Assembly (NCBI RefSeq): GCF_018350175.1
Contig: NC_058382.1
Span: 52,144,001 to 52,208,000, forward strand
DNA length: 64,000 nt
Reading direction: 5' to 3'
DNA from: Felis catus
Taxonomy: Eukaryota
The notes beneath the pieces are model-generated. The model was not told the origin of the DNA. It searched no databases and was given only the letters and a program-made list of their open reading frames with translations. Of this stretch, positions 48,784 to 60,090 are shown piece after piece. Position numbers and translations under genes: made by a program. Within the stretch, counting starts at the first letter, position 1, and each line of letters opens with the position of its first letter.

Positions 48784-49700
48784 TCTTTCTGGTTTATGAT
48801 GTTTTTCAACAGTGTCATGAACTCACTTAATCTGATTTCATCAAGTAAATATATGGGAAGTTGAAATGACATATTTTAATCTGGCATTTGAGGAAATATT
48901 CATAAAATATCAGATAAAATATTTATTTTGGCCTTTTCCTTCTGATCTCTCTTTTGATTCAGTGTGTATTCTTTGCTTAAGGACCACAGCCTAATGTTAT
49001 TTTGACTGCAGTTCACAGTGTTGGCAGCCTTTCAGATAAACAGCATATTTGTGGTTAATTGGTTGAACATGTTCTATAATTATAATTATATTAAAACCTT
49101 AATGTGCTTGAACATTTGCCCACTGAAGGCCACTTGCGTGAACTACGTTATGTTTCTGTCATTATAACTGAGCTGTCTGGGGCTGACATTCAGCAATTGA
49201 GGCAGGACAGGGGACCTGGGAATAGCACAGAGGCTTCTCATTATTTCCGTCAGAGACCGCTGTTTGGACAGTTTTAGAAGTTGACCATGAAAATTGCCGT
49301 CTGGTTGTTACGCGGATCCCCAGGTTTCCATCTGCGGGCTAACGTTTCTTCAGATTTTCAAAAGGGGTTGGCTTGGCTTTTTATCAAAGTTACACAACGG
49401 CTGTAAAAAGCAAAATTAGCACTTTATCAAGTTTGGAGCAAATTGCCAAGGCCACCAGGGAGCCGGGAGAGTCACCAAAGACCGCTGCTTGGAACTGGGC
49501 AAGGAGCCATCTTTGAAATGAGCAGAGAGGTCTGATGGCCACCAGCTGAGGAAGGGAGCCTCTTTTTTTCTGCGCTGCAGCCATGCCTTTTGGATTGACA
49601 TGCCGGACTGGTAGCCCCCTGGGACTTGTCAGCTGAGAATCTTCTTTGCAGATACTGAGTCAATCATACCGTGGTATCTTACGCTGGTAAGAGTATAAAC

Positions 49701-50217
49701 CAGTGTCTGTGACGCCCTCGGGTTTTGCACGAACTGAGGATGATGTTTACATTTTTAACTGGTTGAAAGAAAGAGTGAAAAGAAGAACAGTATTTCCTGA
49801 CACATGAAAATATATGAAATTCGAATTATAATGTCTGTAAATAAATTTCTTTTAATGTTTATTTATTTTTGAGAGAGAGTGAGAGAGAGCACCAGTGGGG
49901 GAGGAACAGAGAGAGAAGGAGACACAGAGTCTGAAGCAGGCTCCAGGCTCCGAGCTGTCAGGACAGAGCCCGACACGGGGCTCAAACTCGCAAACTGCGT
50001 GATGGTGACCTGAGCCAAAGTCGGACGCTCAACCGACCGAGCCCCCCAGGCGCCCCAAATAAAATTTGATTGAAATATGCCACAGCCATTTGCATAGGGA
50101 TCGTCTTGGGCTGTTTTTCTGCTGTCAGGGTAGTGTCCTGCTTTGCAGAGACCCTGTGGCCCTCACAGCTGAAAATACTTACTTTCTGGCTTTTTTGTAG
50201 AAAGTTTGCCACCCCTC
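49701..50217 (+). mobile_element. MER58B-like DNA transposon interrupted by SINEC
   Basis: tttacatttttaactggttg...aaagaagaacagtatttcctgacacatgaaaa...[SINE]...aaataaaatttgattgaaa...gaaaatacttactttctggc...aaagtttgccacccct. Confidence 0.85.
49850..50056 (-). mobile_element. SINEC_Fc-type inserted in MER58B
   Basis: SINEC body; TSD-like aaataaattt / aaataaaattt. Confidence 0.96.
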
Positions 50218-51094
50218 ATCTAAACAAGATGTCCTTCATTTTCTGTGTCCCACCAGAGCAGCGAGGGTTTTAGTACCGGGCCAGAGAAGGGGATTTGGGT
50301 CGGATGAATGAATGAATGACCTGTCACACCAAAGCTCTGAGTGCACGGAAGTCTGTTATTTTCTTATCTTTGGCCTCGCCCACCAAACACAGTTTATAAA
50401 ATTTGAAAATCTGTTTCCAAACATGTTGGGATTGATTTTTATGGTCTTTTAATTAACCCAATAAAAATGGCAACAACACAGCAATTTTAAGAAAATAACA
50501 GAGCCAAGTGATTTTTTTTTTTATGTCTCTGCATGCAATCCATATTACACCCACATGCAGTATTTATATGGTCCAAATAATTATCTTTTGGACTTAGAAT
50601 GCTTTAAATTAGGATTTACTGAAAAGATTATGTTCTATTTCATAAAAAAAAAAGAAAGGAAGGAAAAAGTTCTTCTCAAATTTATTTCTGTGTTGGAGGA
50701 ATTCTGGCATTGCAGAATACGGCAGGAAATTCCATTAGGTTGAAATGTGCGGCCCTTACCCTCAAGTATTTGGAGGGATTCATAGAAGAGCCAAGTGCAT
50801 TCAGACAGACCCCGGTTGCCGAGCTGAGCGTGCGTTTTGTCAGAAGACTTTGTAAGGTTTTCAGGAATGGGTTAGAATGGTGAGGGTTCCCAGTGCAGAA
50901 TTCTTAGTCCAGAGATTTTTCTGCCAAAAAGGTAGAAAATTCTAGAATCTCATGAGCGCACCCCCACCCCACTCCAATCCTGTGGGCGCACTTGATCGTC
51001 ACCCTTCCTTGCTAGTCTCCTGTTCCTGGCCTGGCAGCCACTTCAGCCTCTGATGTATCTGAGCCTTTCTTCTGTCTGACGCAGGTGGGCCCAG

Positions 51095-51280
51095 CCCCGG
51101 ACTTTGGAGTCCAACCAGAACCTAATCCTTGCATCGTCTGCTTACCAGCTGTGTGGCTCTGGGCAAGTGACCTCACCTCTTTGAGCCACTGGTTAACTCA
51201 GCAGCAAGATGGGCATCTCACATCCCCTTCTTGGTGTTGCTGCAAGGATTCGGAAGGAGGACGTTGGCAGGTCACCTGAG
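51095..51280 (+). mobile_element. MIR
   Basis: gactttggagtcc...cttaccagctgtgtggctctgggcaagtgacctcacctctttgagcc. Confidence 0.75.
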
Positions 51281-52128
51281 GAACTCTCTAGTGTGTACTT
51301 AGGAGGCAGGGAAGATTTGTCCTCTTGCCCCCTCTCTTGCCATTCCTATAACTGAGCCCAGGCTTCTTTAGAAATGAAATCTAGACAGATGGTCCCCTCT
51401 TCTCTTGTGTATCTCCTGTGACAGCCCAGCACCATTTTGTTGGGTTGTGTGTCCTCCCTTCCTTCCTTCGTCTCTTCCTCTTCCTTACAGTGGTTTTAGG
51501 ATCTCTGGGTTAGTTGTCTACTCTTCAAGGTCTAGGGCAGTTGGACGTTGCTCCCCATCCCATGCTGGTGGCAGGATTATTAAATAGGTCATAGAGTGGG
51601 TGGGAGCCTTTGACTGGGTACTCTTGGCTCCAGCCTCGTCTGGCCAATTCTGGCAGGATCTTATCCAAGCACATTCATACCCTCCTACAAGGTGATTGAG
51701 AACTTTCCTTGGGCTTCACTCACATTTAGCAACCAGGCTCCCTACATAGTCCTGACTGGTGTCCTGCCTTCCACACTTCCATTCCTCTGCTGCTGAGCCC
51801 TGGGCTGGTCAGCCTCCCTTTCTCCTTGTCTAGGTCACTCAAATGGGGCCACACACCTTCTTCCTGCCTCAGGGGCTGACTTCCTCTGATGACTTCCTTA
51901 CCGCTTGTCCAGTTTCCTCTCGTGTGGACCTCACTCAGCACCTATGTGCCAAGCCCAGCAGGTTGGGGATGTAGACATTGAGGCAGACTTCTTGCCTCAC
52001 GGGCTCTCAATCAGGGAGTCCCGGCCACGCATCAGTGCTGTTACTCACGGTCTGCCACTGCCTGGAACTCGCCCATCTCCCTTCTCCAGCCTGCCTGGTT
52101 TCTAATCGTTCTTTAAGGTTCAGTTCTG

Positions 52129-52138
52129 GTGCGTGCGT

Positions 52139-52179
<41 letters not shown>
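52129..52179. repeat. (GTGC)n/(GT)n microsatellite
   Basis: Direct read. Confidence 0.95.
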
Positions 52180-52180
<1 letters not shown>

Positions 52181-52189
52181 CTGACTCCC

Positions 52190-52470
52190 TCCTGCCAAAA
52201 CCACCAGTTCTTCATCCTTCCATTCTTTCTGTCCTGTGTAGATTTCTATCGTATACTCACCCTGCTCCGTGAAGATCATCTATTTGTGTTACCTGTGTTT
52301 TCCCCACTAGACTGTGCACTCTGAGAATGTTGTAATGATCTAACACAGCTTTTTGTTCCCATGAAGCACCAAAGGAAAAAACAAAAAAAAAAGAAGTGAG
52401 AGCTCCATCAAAGTTTGTTTCATGATTGTGTGGATGACTCAGTAATTAAATGAACAAATGGATGAATGAG
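52190..52470 (+). mobile_element. L2 3' end fragment
   Basis: ttacctgtgttttccccactagactgtgcactctgaga...aaatgaacaaatggatgaatga. Confidence 0.55.
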
Positions 52471-52863
52471 CCAAGAACTAGATCTGGCCCATGGGAAACA
52501 GGTACCTTGACTCGGGGCTCATGCTCCGGAAGATCCTTTGATAGGTCCTGCTCGGAAGCGGGGGGCCATTCCCTGCCCAAGATGCCATCACCCTGGCCTG
52601 GTTCTCGGTTTCTTTGGGGCTACCACAGGAGAGTGGTCAGCACCTGGAGGAGATTCAGGAGTCCCATGTCGTCTTGCAGTTGTCGTTACAGCTTCATAGA
52701 TTACGTGTGCTAGAATGGGAGAGAGTGGCAGGGATTAATCCAGACCGAAATGTGCAAATCACTTGGCTCAGATGTTGTTTTCTGGATAGGGAGGGACAGG
52801 CCATTGCAGAAGAAAGAAGCGCTGCTGACCGCACGCAGGATGACGTCGTTATCTGAGGCTTTG

Positions 52864-53045
52864 GTTACTGACGTTCTCAGACCGAGGCCGGTTCTCTGTC
52901 GTGAGCACACCCCAGACTCGCGGGGCCTCACCTACAGCGGTGCTGATTGAGAACGTCTGGGGTGGGGCCCCGGGTCTGCATGCCCAGTGGTTTCCCACAT
53001 GCTGCTGCTGCTGGTTTTGGGGATCACACTGGAGCGAGCGCCCTG
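52864..53045. mobile_element. MER5A-like hAT-Charlie element
   Basis: gggcctcacctacagcggtgctgattgagaacgtctggggtggggccccgggtctgcat...gctgctgctggttttggggatcacact. Confidence 0.7.
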
Positions 53046-55064
53046 CTAATCGCAGCTTCGGAGTATTGACTCCTGGGAGAAGATTCCCGCCATCGACACC
53101 TTCTGTCAGTCGTCAGCAGGGTAGAATCTTAATTTCTAAGCAGGAGGAACATCAGAGTCATTTTAGCAAAATGCTTTTGCCATCATTGCTTTTAAATCGG
53201 CCCTACCAAGTGGGAAAACCACGAGTAAGGTTCTTTTATTGAGATAACGTGTTGTAAATACGAGTTCGGTATCCCATTTGGAGAATACAAAGAGCCCTTC
53301 CTTGAACTTATTTTGTTCAAGCTACCTGTATTGTTTGGTGTTTCCTGTAAAATTGGATGTCCCTGCCGCAGATGTTGGTTTTGCGGTAATAATACTTTTA
53401 TACATTAAAAAAAAAATCCTGAGATGAAAATGTAACTTAGTCTTATTATTGTAATCTCCCCTTTCCTTTTTTGCATGGATCATTTGTTTGCGAACTGGTT
53501 ATTTCAGGAAGGGCTCAAAGGTAATTTCATGGTTTATAGCATTTATATTGGCGGCTTTAATGAGCAAAACATATTGTTTTCTAATACACAAAATGAGGAA
53601 TTCACATACATATAGATATTATTTTCATTTCCCAATATTACATGTATATCAAGTTCAGGACATGGAGAACAACCACATAAAAAAATTATACTTTTGCACA
53701 CAGGGGAAATATGAAAGTTTTGTAGTGCAAAAAAAAAAAATAAAAATAAAAATCAACTTTGCTGGCTTATGAGATGATTTTATTTTTAATGAATCCAAAC
53801 GATAGCGGGAGCTGCTGTTGTGTTTGTGCATCGAACAGCAATTCATATCTAAAAACGCAGTAACATATGGCTTTGTTATTATTTAGTTTAGAAATTTATG
53901 CACCTAAAGGAGTTTCGAGAGCTCTGGGTCCCATTCAGATGTTGTACACAGCAACTAAACAAGATAAGCTGGAACAGGGAGTTTCTCATCTCTAGGTTAT
54001 TAAGATTTGACCAATTCACTTTTTTTTTTTTTGGGCCATGTTTATTAAACTCAAGAACTTTTTTGCATATTTGCTAATGATTCTCTTCCCTCTTTCTCAT
54101 TATGTTTTAGAATGCTGAATTTTTTTTTTTCTTTTCAACCCAATAAAAAATATGTCCTGGATTGGAAAAGAGTACCAGGTTCTTTTTCTAGCCCCGGAGT
54201 GAGGTGGCTTTCTGGCCTGGTTCATGTGATGTCCTGGGGAGTCATTGACACCCACACGCTCCCAATCACAGACCTTTCCCTCCCGTCCAGATTGTGTTTG
54301 TTTTATGGCCCTCGCACGGAGCATGCAGCTGTGTAAACCCGAGAATGGTTTCTGCACAGCTTTGATCTTTGCATGGATCAACAGTTGCCCTCAGTCCCTG
54401 AACCCTGCTCCACGGCCCCGGTGTTCCTTGGATTTTTCCATTTTCTGGTAATTATGGCATTGCGTAGGGAGCCTTGCAACAGCATCCCCCACGACTTCGG
54501 GTACAGAGTTTGGAAGAAGCACCTCAAGGCTGTCGTTTGTAGAACCTTATTAAGAAGTGATTTTCATTTGATGCCAAAGAGATATGCCATTTAGTTTCCT
54601 CCTAAGAGGCGATCTGACAATTTCAAGCAGGCTGCTGGAGTCTAAGGAACTTGAATGTATTATGGACTGAATAAATGTTTACAGAACAAATGCAGTTTGT
54701 TTTTGCTTTCTGGCTACTGAGGAGGTTCAGTCCTTCCACAAACCATGGCTGGATACCTCCATCAGCGATGGGCTATCCGGCTGACACAGTGTGGCATTAA
54801 TTTCCAGTCGATAATCTGGGTGCCTGTCTATGCCTAGGGGAATACAAAAGTCCTAGAAACTGTTCTTACAATCCAGTAGGAGGCATAAGATCTTTGCTCT
54901 AAAGTCTTTGCTTTTATGTGGGGGTTCTGGAGAAGGAGCCACGTCTCCCATCTTGGGCGACCCTAATGGTCTACAGAGCTGGGCCATAATGCCGAGGCAG
55001 GGTGCCGAGCTAAGACATGACAAGAGGTCTTTCCTCAAAAGAACATCCTGGAAGGCCGCCAGCA

Positions 55065-55310
55065 GCAGAGCAGATGAGACTACAGGGTTTCTGGATTCAG
55101 ATAGACTTGTGTCTGAATCCTTGCTCTGTCCCTTACTGTCTGTGTGATCTGGGGGGATTTGTTTAATCTTCGTGAGCCTCAGTTTTCTCACCTATAAAAT
55201 GGGATTAATAGTCTCTGCCTTCTAGATTGTGAGAGTGGAACAAGATAATGTATGCAAATTCTTTGACACGTTGTGGGTCATAGTAAATCGTCAATAAACA
55301 TCAGCTTCTC
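55065..55310 (+). mobile_element. MIR, near full length
   Basis: ctggattcagatagacttgtgtctgaatccttgctctg...gagcctcagttttctcacctataaaatgggattaatagt...catagtaaatcgtcaataaa. Confidence 0.88.
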
Positions 55311-55912
55311 TTACTGCTACACTTACAGCCACTGTTCTTACTTTTCTTATCCTTTCTCTTCCTCCCATTCTTCCCCCTCCTCCTTTTGGTAAAGGTTCAT
55401 AAAAGAGAAGATATTTTGTTGTTGCTGTTGCAGCCAGCATTCCACTTTGCTAGGAGCCCAGGAGATATTTGGGAGAATGTTCTGAGATTAGGTTAAGCAG
55501 TGAGTCTCTAAGATCTGGGGTGGATGGAGCCACATCTTTATCAGCGTCCTCAGATCCCTGAAGAATGACTCCTAGAAAGAAAGCCTCTTTTCTGGAGGAT
55601 TTTGAATGCCAGAGCGAAGCCTGGCGGTGGCAGACAGAGGCCATGTTATGTGACACAGTTGTTTAAAAGTGAAAGCCACCTTCTTCATGTGAACTCTTCC
55701 TCTGTTGGTGCCTCACCTCTGTGGACCCTGAGAGTCTTAAGTATGCATCTGGTCTCGATCGCTTGAATGGAGTGAACCCCGTTGCCTACGTTTATTAGTA
55801 CGAACAACGAAGAAGAGTGAATGATTGGGCCTGGGAGTCCAAACTGACACACAGACTCAGTTTACGGTGCCCTGGTTTCTTCTGTGTTGGTTGAGTAGAA
55901 ATCCCATTTCTT

Positions 55913-56129
55913 CTTTTTTTTTTTTTAATGTTTATTTATTTTTGAGACAGGGAGAGACAGAGCATGAATGGGGGAGGGTCAGAGAGAGAGGGAGACACAG
56001 AATCTGAAACAGGCTCCAGGCTCTGAGCCATCAGCCCAGAGCCCGACGCGGGGCTCGAACTCCCAGACAGCGAGATTGTGACCTGAGCCGAAGTCGGACG
56101 CTTAACCGAACGAGCCACCCAGGCGCCCC
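55913..56129 (-). mobile_element. young SINEC_Fc, 16-bp perfect TSD
   Basis: TSD agaaatcccatttctt at 55897-55912 and 56130-56145. Confidence 0.98.
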
Positions 56130-56537
56130 AGAAATCCCATTTCTTTATCAACCAGGTGGTCATCGGTGTTGCCATCTAAGGACTTGGCCTAAAGTTTTGG
56201 GTCAAGTGGTCCCAGCTGGAGTGTGGCGAGATGAGGCAGGAACCGTCTCCCAGAACCCAGGAGATAGAGAAATCTGAAGGGCCTGGCCAGTCCTCTGGCT
56301 CATCTGGGGGGGGGGGGGGGCTGCCTACAAGAGCAACTTTGAGAAGTACAGATCATTAAATTGCTGACGAAGGACCAAGCTTGAACCAGAGGGAACTGGA
56401 TAGAAATGAAGAGACAGCTTCATTTTTTCCAGCAGTAATCATGGAGTCTGTTTAGTTTTCTTTCCTTTTGAAAAAGTAATTTAATCTGGAAAGTGTGTAC
56501 ATTTAGGAGTAATTTCCTGGGCAGGCTTCATAACTAA

Positions 56538-56603
<66 letters not shown>
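56538..56603. repeat. (CTTT)n tetranucleotide microsatellite, about 16 units
   Basis: Direct read. Confidence 0.97.
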
Positions 56604-57109
56604 CCTTCTGACATCTCTAAATAGTTCTTTGTGCAGTGGCATTACTAACAGTTCAACTTTTTTAGGAAATGATTCATTACTTTATAATTTCACTTCACTA
56701 ACCATTTTCAGCCATGCAATAAATTTAAATCCTTTACTATCAAGATAACATTTTTTCTCCTGTCAGTGAGATATAATGATTGGAAACCATTTTTAGAAGT
56801 TGACCCTTTTTGGGATGGCTCTTAGGGATTTGTCCTTTATGCTAGCACATAACTTGTAGGGTGTTAGTGTTTCTAGGACAGGGGCCCCAGGCTGCAGAAA
56901 TATATTTTTTCCAAGTGCCCAGAATAATGCCCTTTACAGTAAGCGTGATAAAGAGTTTATTGGGTGAATGGGAAAGAGGAGAATGCTCATTTAAAGCATG
57001 TGGCTCTGAGGACCATCATTTCCAAAGAACAAAGCATGAATGATAAAGTCAATTGTTAAGGCATCCTTTACCCTTGTGAAAATCGACTGTGAATTGGGCA
57101 AGGTCAGTC

Positions 57110-57265
57110 AGCTCAGTGGTGCAGCATATTGAAGAGGGGAGCCCTAAAATCCACCAGGCCTCTTCACCTGCCACTAACTTGCTGTGTGATCATGTGGGAG
57201 TCACTGAACCTCTCTGAGCCTGTTTCCGTACCACTTAGCTGAAGGAGATGAACGTCTAGAGTTTT
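57110..57265 (+). mobile_element. MIR fragment
   Basis: ctgccactaacttgctgtgtgatcatgtgggagtcactgaacctctctgagcctgtttcc. Confidence 0.75.
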
Positions 57266-57276
57266 AGGAATGTTCT

Positions 57277-57516
57277 TTTTTTTTTTCTTTTTAATGTTTG
57301 TTTAATGTTTGTTTATTTTTGAGAGAGAGAGGGAGAGCATGAGCGGTAGAGGGGCAGAGAGACAGACAGACAGACAGACAGACACAGAATCAGAAGCAGG
57401 CTCCAGGCTCCAAGCTGTCAGCACAGAGCCTGACGCGGGGCTCGAACCCACAAACTGTGAGATCATGGCCTGAGCTGAAGTCGGATGCTCATCCAACTGA
57501 GCCACCCAGGCGCGCA
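57277..57516 (-). mobile_element. SINEC_Fc-type with (GACA)n, 11-bp TSD
   Basis: TSD aggaatgttct at 57266-57276 and 57517-57527. Confidence 0.96.
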
Positions 57517-57704
57517 AGGAATGTTCTGAAAAAAGCTCTCAGTCTGGAGATCTCAGCAATCAGACCCCCTTCTCTACAATATTAACTGGAGCAACTCCCA
57601 CATTATCCCTCCTTTCCGCATGGGGACTTTTCTTTGTATGACATACCTTAAAACGTATTTTTTTTTTAAAGTTAATTGAAACACTGAACTTGTGAAAATA
57701 ACAG

Positions 57705-58400
57705 GTTTTAAAACTTTTTGGTGGTGAAAATTATCAACCATACAGAAAACATAATCAAGACTATAATAGTGCAAATGAACAACCTATGTAATATGACCAC
57801 CACCTAGATTCAGCATTTACTAACGTTTCACCATGTTTTGTCAGTCCATCCGTCTTCCTACCCTACCCATCCATCCATCCGTCTTTGTATCCATTCATCC
57901 ATCTCCCCGCCCACCTACCCATATACGTGAATTGCAGATGTTGACACATTGTACCCGAAAGTACTTTGCCAGGTATCTTTGAAAACTTAAGACATTTTTC
58001 TTTTTTTTTTTTTTTTAATTTTTTTTCAACGTTTTTTATTTATTTTTGGGACAGAGAGAGACAGAGCATGAACGGGGGAGGGGCAGAGAGAGAGGGAGAC
58101 ACAGAATCGGAAACAGGCTCCAGGCTCTGAGCCATCAGCCCAGAGCCCGACACGGGCCTTGAACTCACGGACCGCGAGATCGTGACCTGGCCAAAGTCGG
58201 ACGCTTAACCGACTGCGCCACCCAGGCGCCACCTTAAGACATTTTTCTATGTATCACTGCTATCATGCTTATCAACTTGATAATAATTTCTGACATAGTC
58301 CATACCCAGATCTACCTGGTTCTTCTCAAAATGTCTTTCACAGATTATTGTTCTCATTCAGGGTGCAGTCAGTCAAGGCTCACACGTGACTGGATCTTTT
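57705..58400 (-). mobile_element. old L1M (L1MC-like) 3' end, interrupted by SINEC
   Basis: gaaaattatcaaccatacagaaaa...accacctagattcagcatttactaacgttt...aattgcagatgttgacaca...aagacatttttct are L1MC 3' motifs in reverse complement. Confidence 0.7.
58002..58232 (-). mobile_element. young SINEC_Fc, 16-bp perfect TSD
   Basis: TSD cttaagacatttttct at 57986-58001 and 58233-58248. Confidence 0.98.
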
Positions 58401-59332
58401 TCTTGTGTTTTCAATAGAGTTTTTTTTTAGGGGGATCCGGGTCATGGGGAAGGTTCCTCCCGTCTGGATACTGTGGATCCCGCCAACTTCCTTTTAAAGC
58501 CAGTGAGGCTTTTCTTTATTTTTTGGTACTTTTGTGTTGTCAAGGAAACTTAATTTGTTGTGCGTTTTGTTGTACTTTTGTAAATCTGGATTTGACTTCC
58601 AGGACAGCTTAGATTGGCTTTGAGAAGGATTTCCTTTGGGGAAACTTTCGAGGAGAGGAAAAAAAAATCTGTTAATTAGAATTATGGGAGAGCGCTGTAT
58701 TTATCTCAGGCAGGATAGGGCTCCCAGGGCTCTGTGCTGCGGCGAGCAAGACCAAAAAAAAAAAAAAAAAAAAAATTGCGGAAAGAAAGATTCAAGTCTC
58801 AAGAAATGAAAGCCCCAAGACCTCAGGGCTACTTGCCCATACATAGAGTGCAAGAGAGATAGAAGCTTCGGTCAGGACTGCCTCTCGTCACTGTCGGCTC
58901 CTCTGGGGAACGAAGGGCACCCGATGGCAAATACACCGCCAGGGCCTATGGACCCTGGGCCGTTTGGTAGAACCCCTTTGGCGGGGCCAGGGGAGGTCAG
59001 GATGACCCGCGTCACAGAGAGGGGATTATATTCCCATAAATTTGGTGCCTGCGTCAAAGTAACTTAACTCTAAAATTAGATGAGGTTTTTGAGTGTGTTT
59101 ATCATCCTTCTAGGCTCATGAGTTTGACAGGCGAATATATGACAAAACTCTTAAGTCTTAGGACTTTCCTCCCACCCTTTTCCTTGGCCCAGCACAGCTT
59201 TGGGTGCGGGCTCCAGAGAAGAAAACCCAGTGGGGTGTTCGCTTGCAACAGTACCCATTGCTTACTAGCAGACATGGTTTGTTTTCCCCATACGGTGACT
59301 TTAAAAACAATTTTTTAAAGTTTATTTATTTA

Positions 59333-59547
59333 ACTTTTTTTTTTTTTTTAATAATTCTTGAAAGAGAGAGAGCGCACGAGCAGGGGTGAAGCAGATGGAG
59401 AGGGAGACACAGAATCCAAAGCAGGCTTCAGGCCCTGAGCTGTCAGTGCAGAGCCCGAGGTGGGGCTTCAACTCACGAACCATGAGTTCATGGCCTGAGC
59501 CGAAGTTGAAGTTGGACGATTAATCCACTGAGCCACCCAGGTGCCCC
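59333..59547 (-). mobile_element. SINEC inserted into the tail of another SINEC
   Basis: SINEC body; TSD ttatttattta at 59322-59332 and 59548-59558. Confidence 0.93.
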
Positions 59548-59740
59548 TTATTTATTTATTTTGAGAGAGAGAGAGCGCGAGCGCATGATCAGGGGAAGGG
59601 CAAAGGGAGAGAATCCCAAGCAGGCTCTGCACTGTCAGCACAGAGCCTGATGCGGGGCTCCAACTCACAAACCACGAGATCACGACCTGAGCTGAAACCA
59701 AGAGTCGGATGTGTAAGTGACTGAGCCACCCAGGTGCCCC
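59548..59740 (-). mobile_element. host Can-SINE body (tail remnant at 59311-59332)
   Basis: gagagaatcccaagcaggctctgcactgtcagcacagagcc...gagctgaaaccaagagtcgg...gagccacccaggtgcccc. Confidence 0.94.
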
Positions 59741-59744
59741 GTAC

Positions 59745-60090
59745 CACTCAAAGACTTTTAAGAAATAGCCAAGACGCATATACAAATTGAGAGATTACGT
59801 GTAAAAATCTGGTTTCTCATTGGATTTGAAGATTGAAAGTAGAAGTAACAGCTGGAGCTGAGTTAAGGCATCAGGTCCTGCGGTTTCTAGTCTTCTCTAG
59901 GCTCTACCTCTGCCGATTGTCGATTGTCCTCTTTCCGAGCCAAAGCAGCTTTTCTCCTGCAGTTTTGTGTCGCTCCATGTTGCTCTCATCATAGCAGGAG
60001 GAGAAAGCCACGTAGCCTCTGGATGTGTCCTCGGGCCATTTAGAAGCGAAGTGGGGATATGTGAGAAGTGACCGACAGCATGGAGGAACA
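59745..60090. mobile_element. possible old hAT-Charlie fragment
   Basis: gtaaaaatctggtttctc...cagctggagctgagt resembles remembered Charlie internal sequence; very degenerate. Confidence 0.35.
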
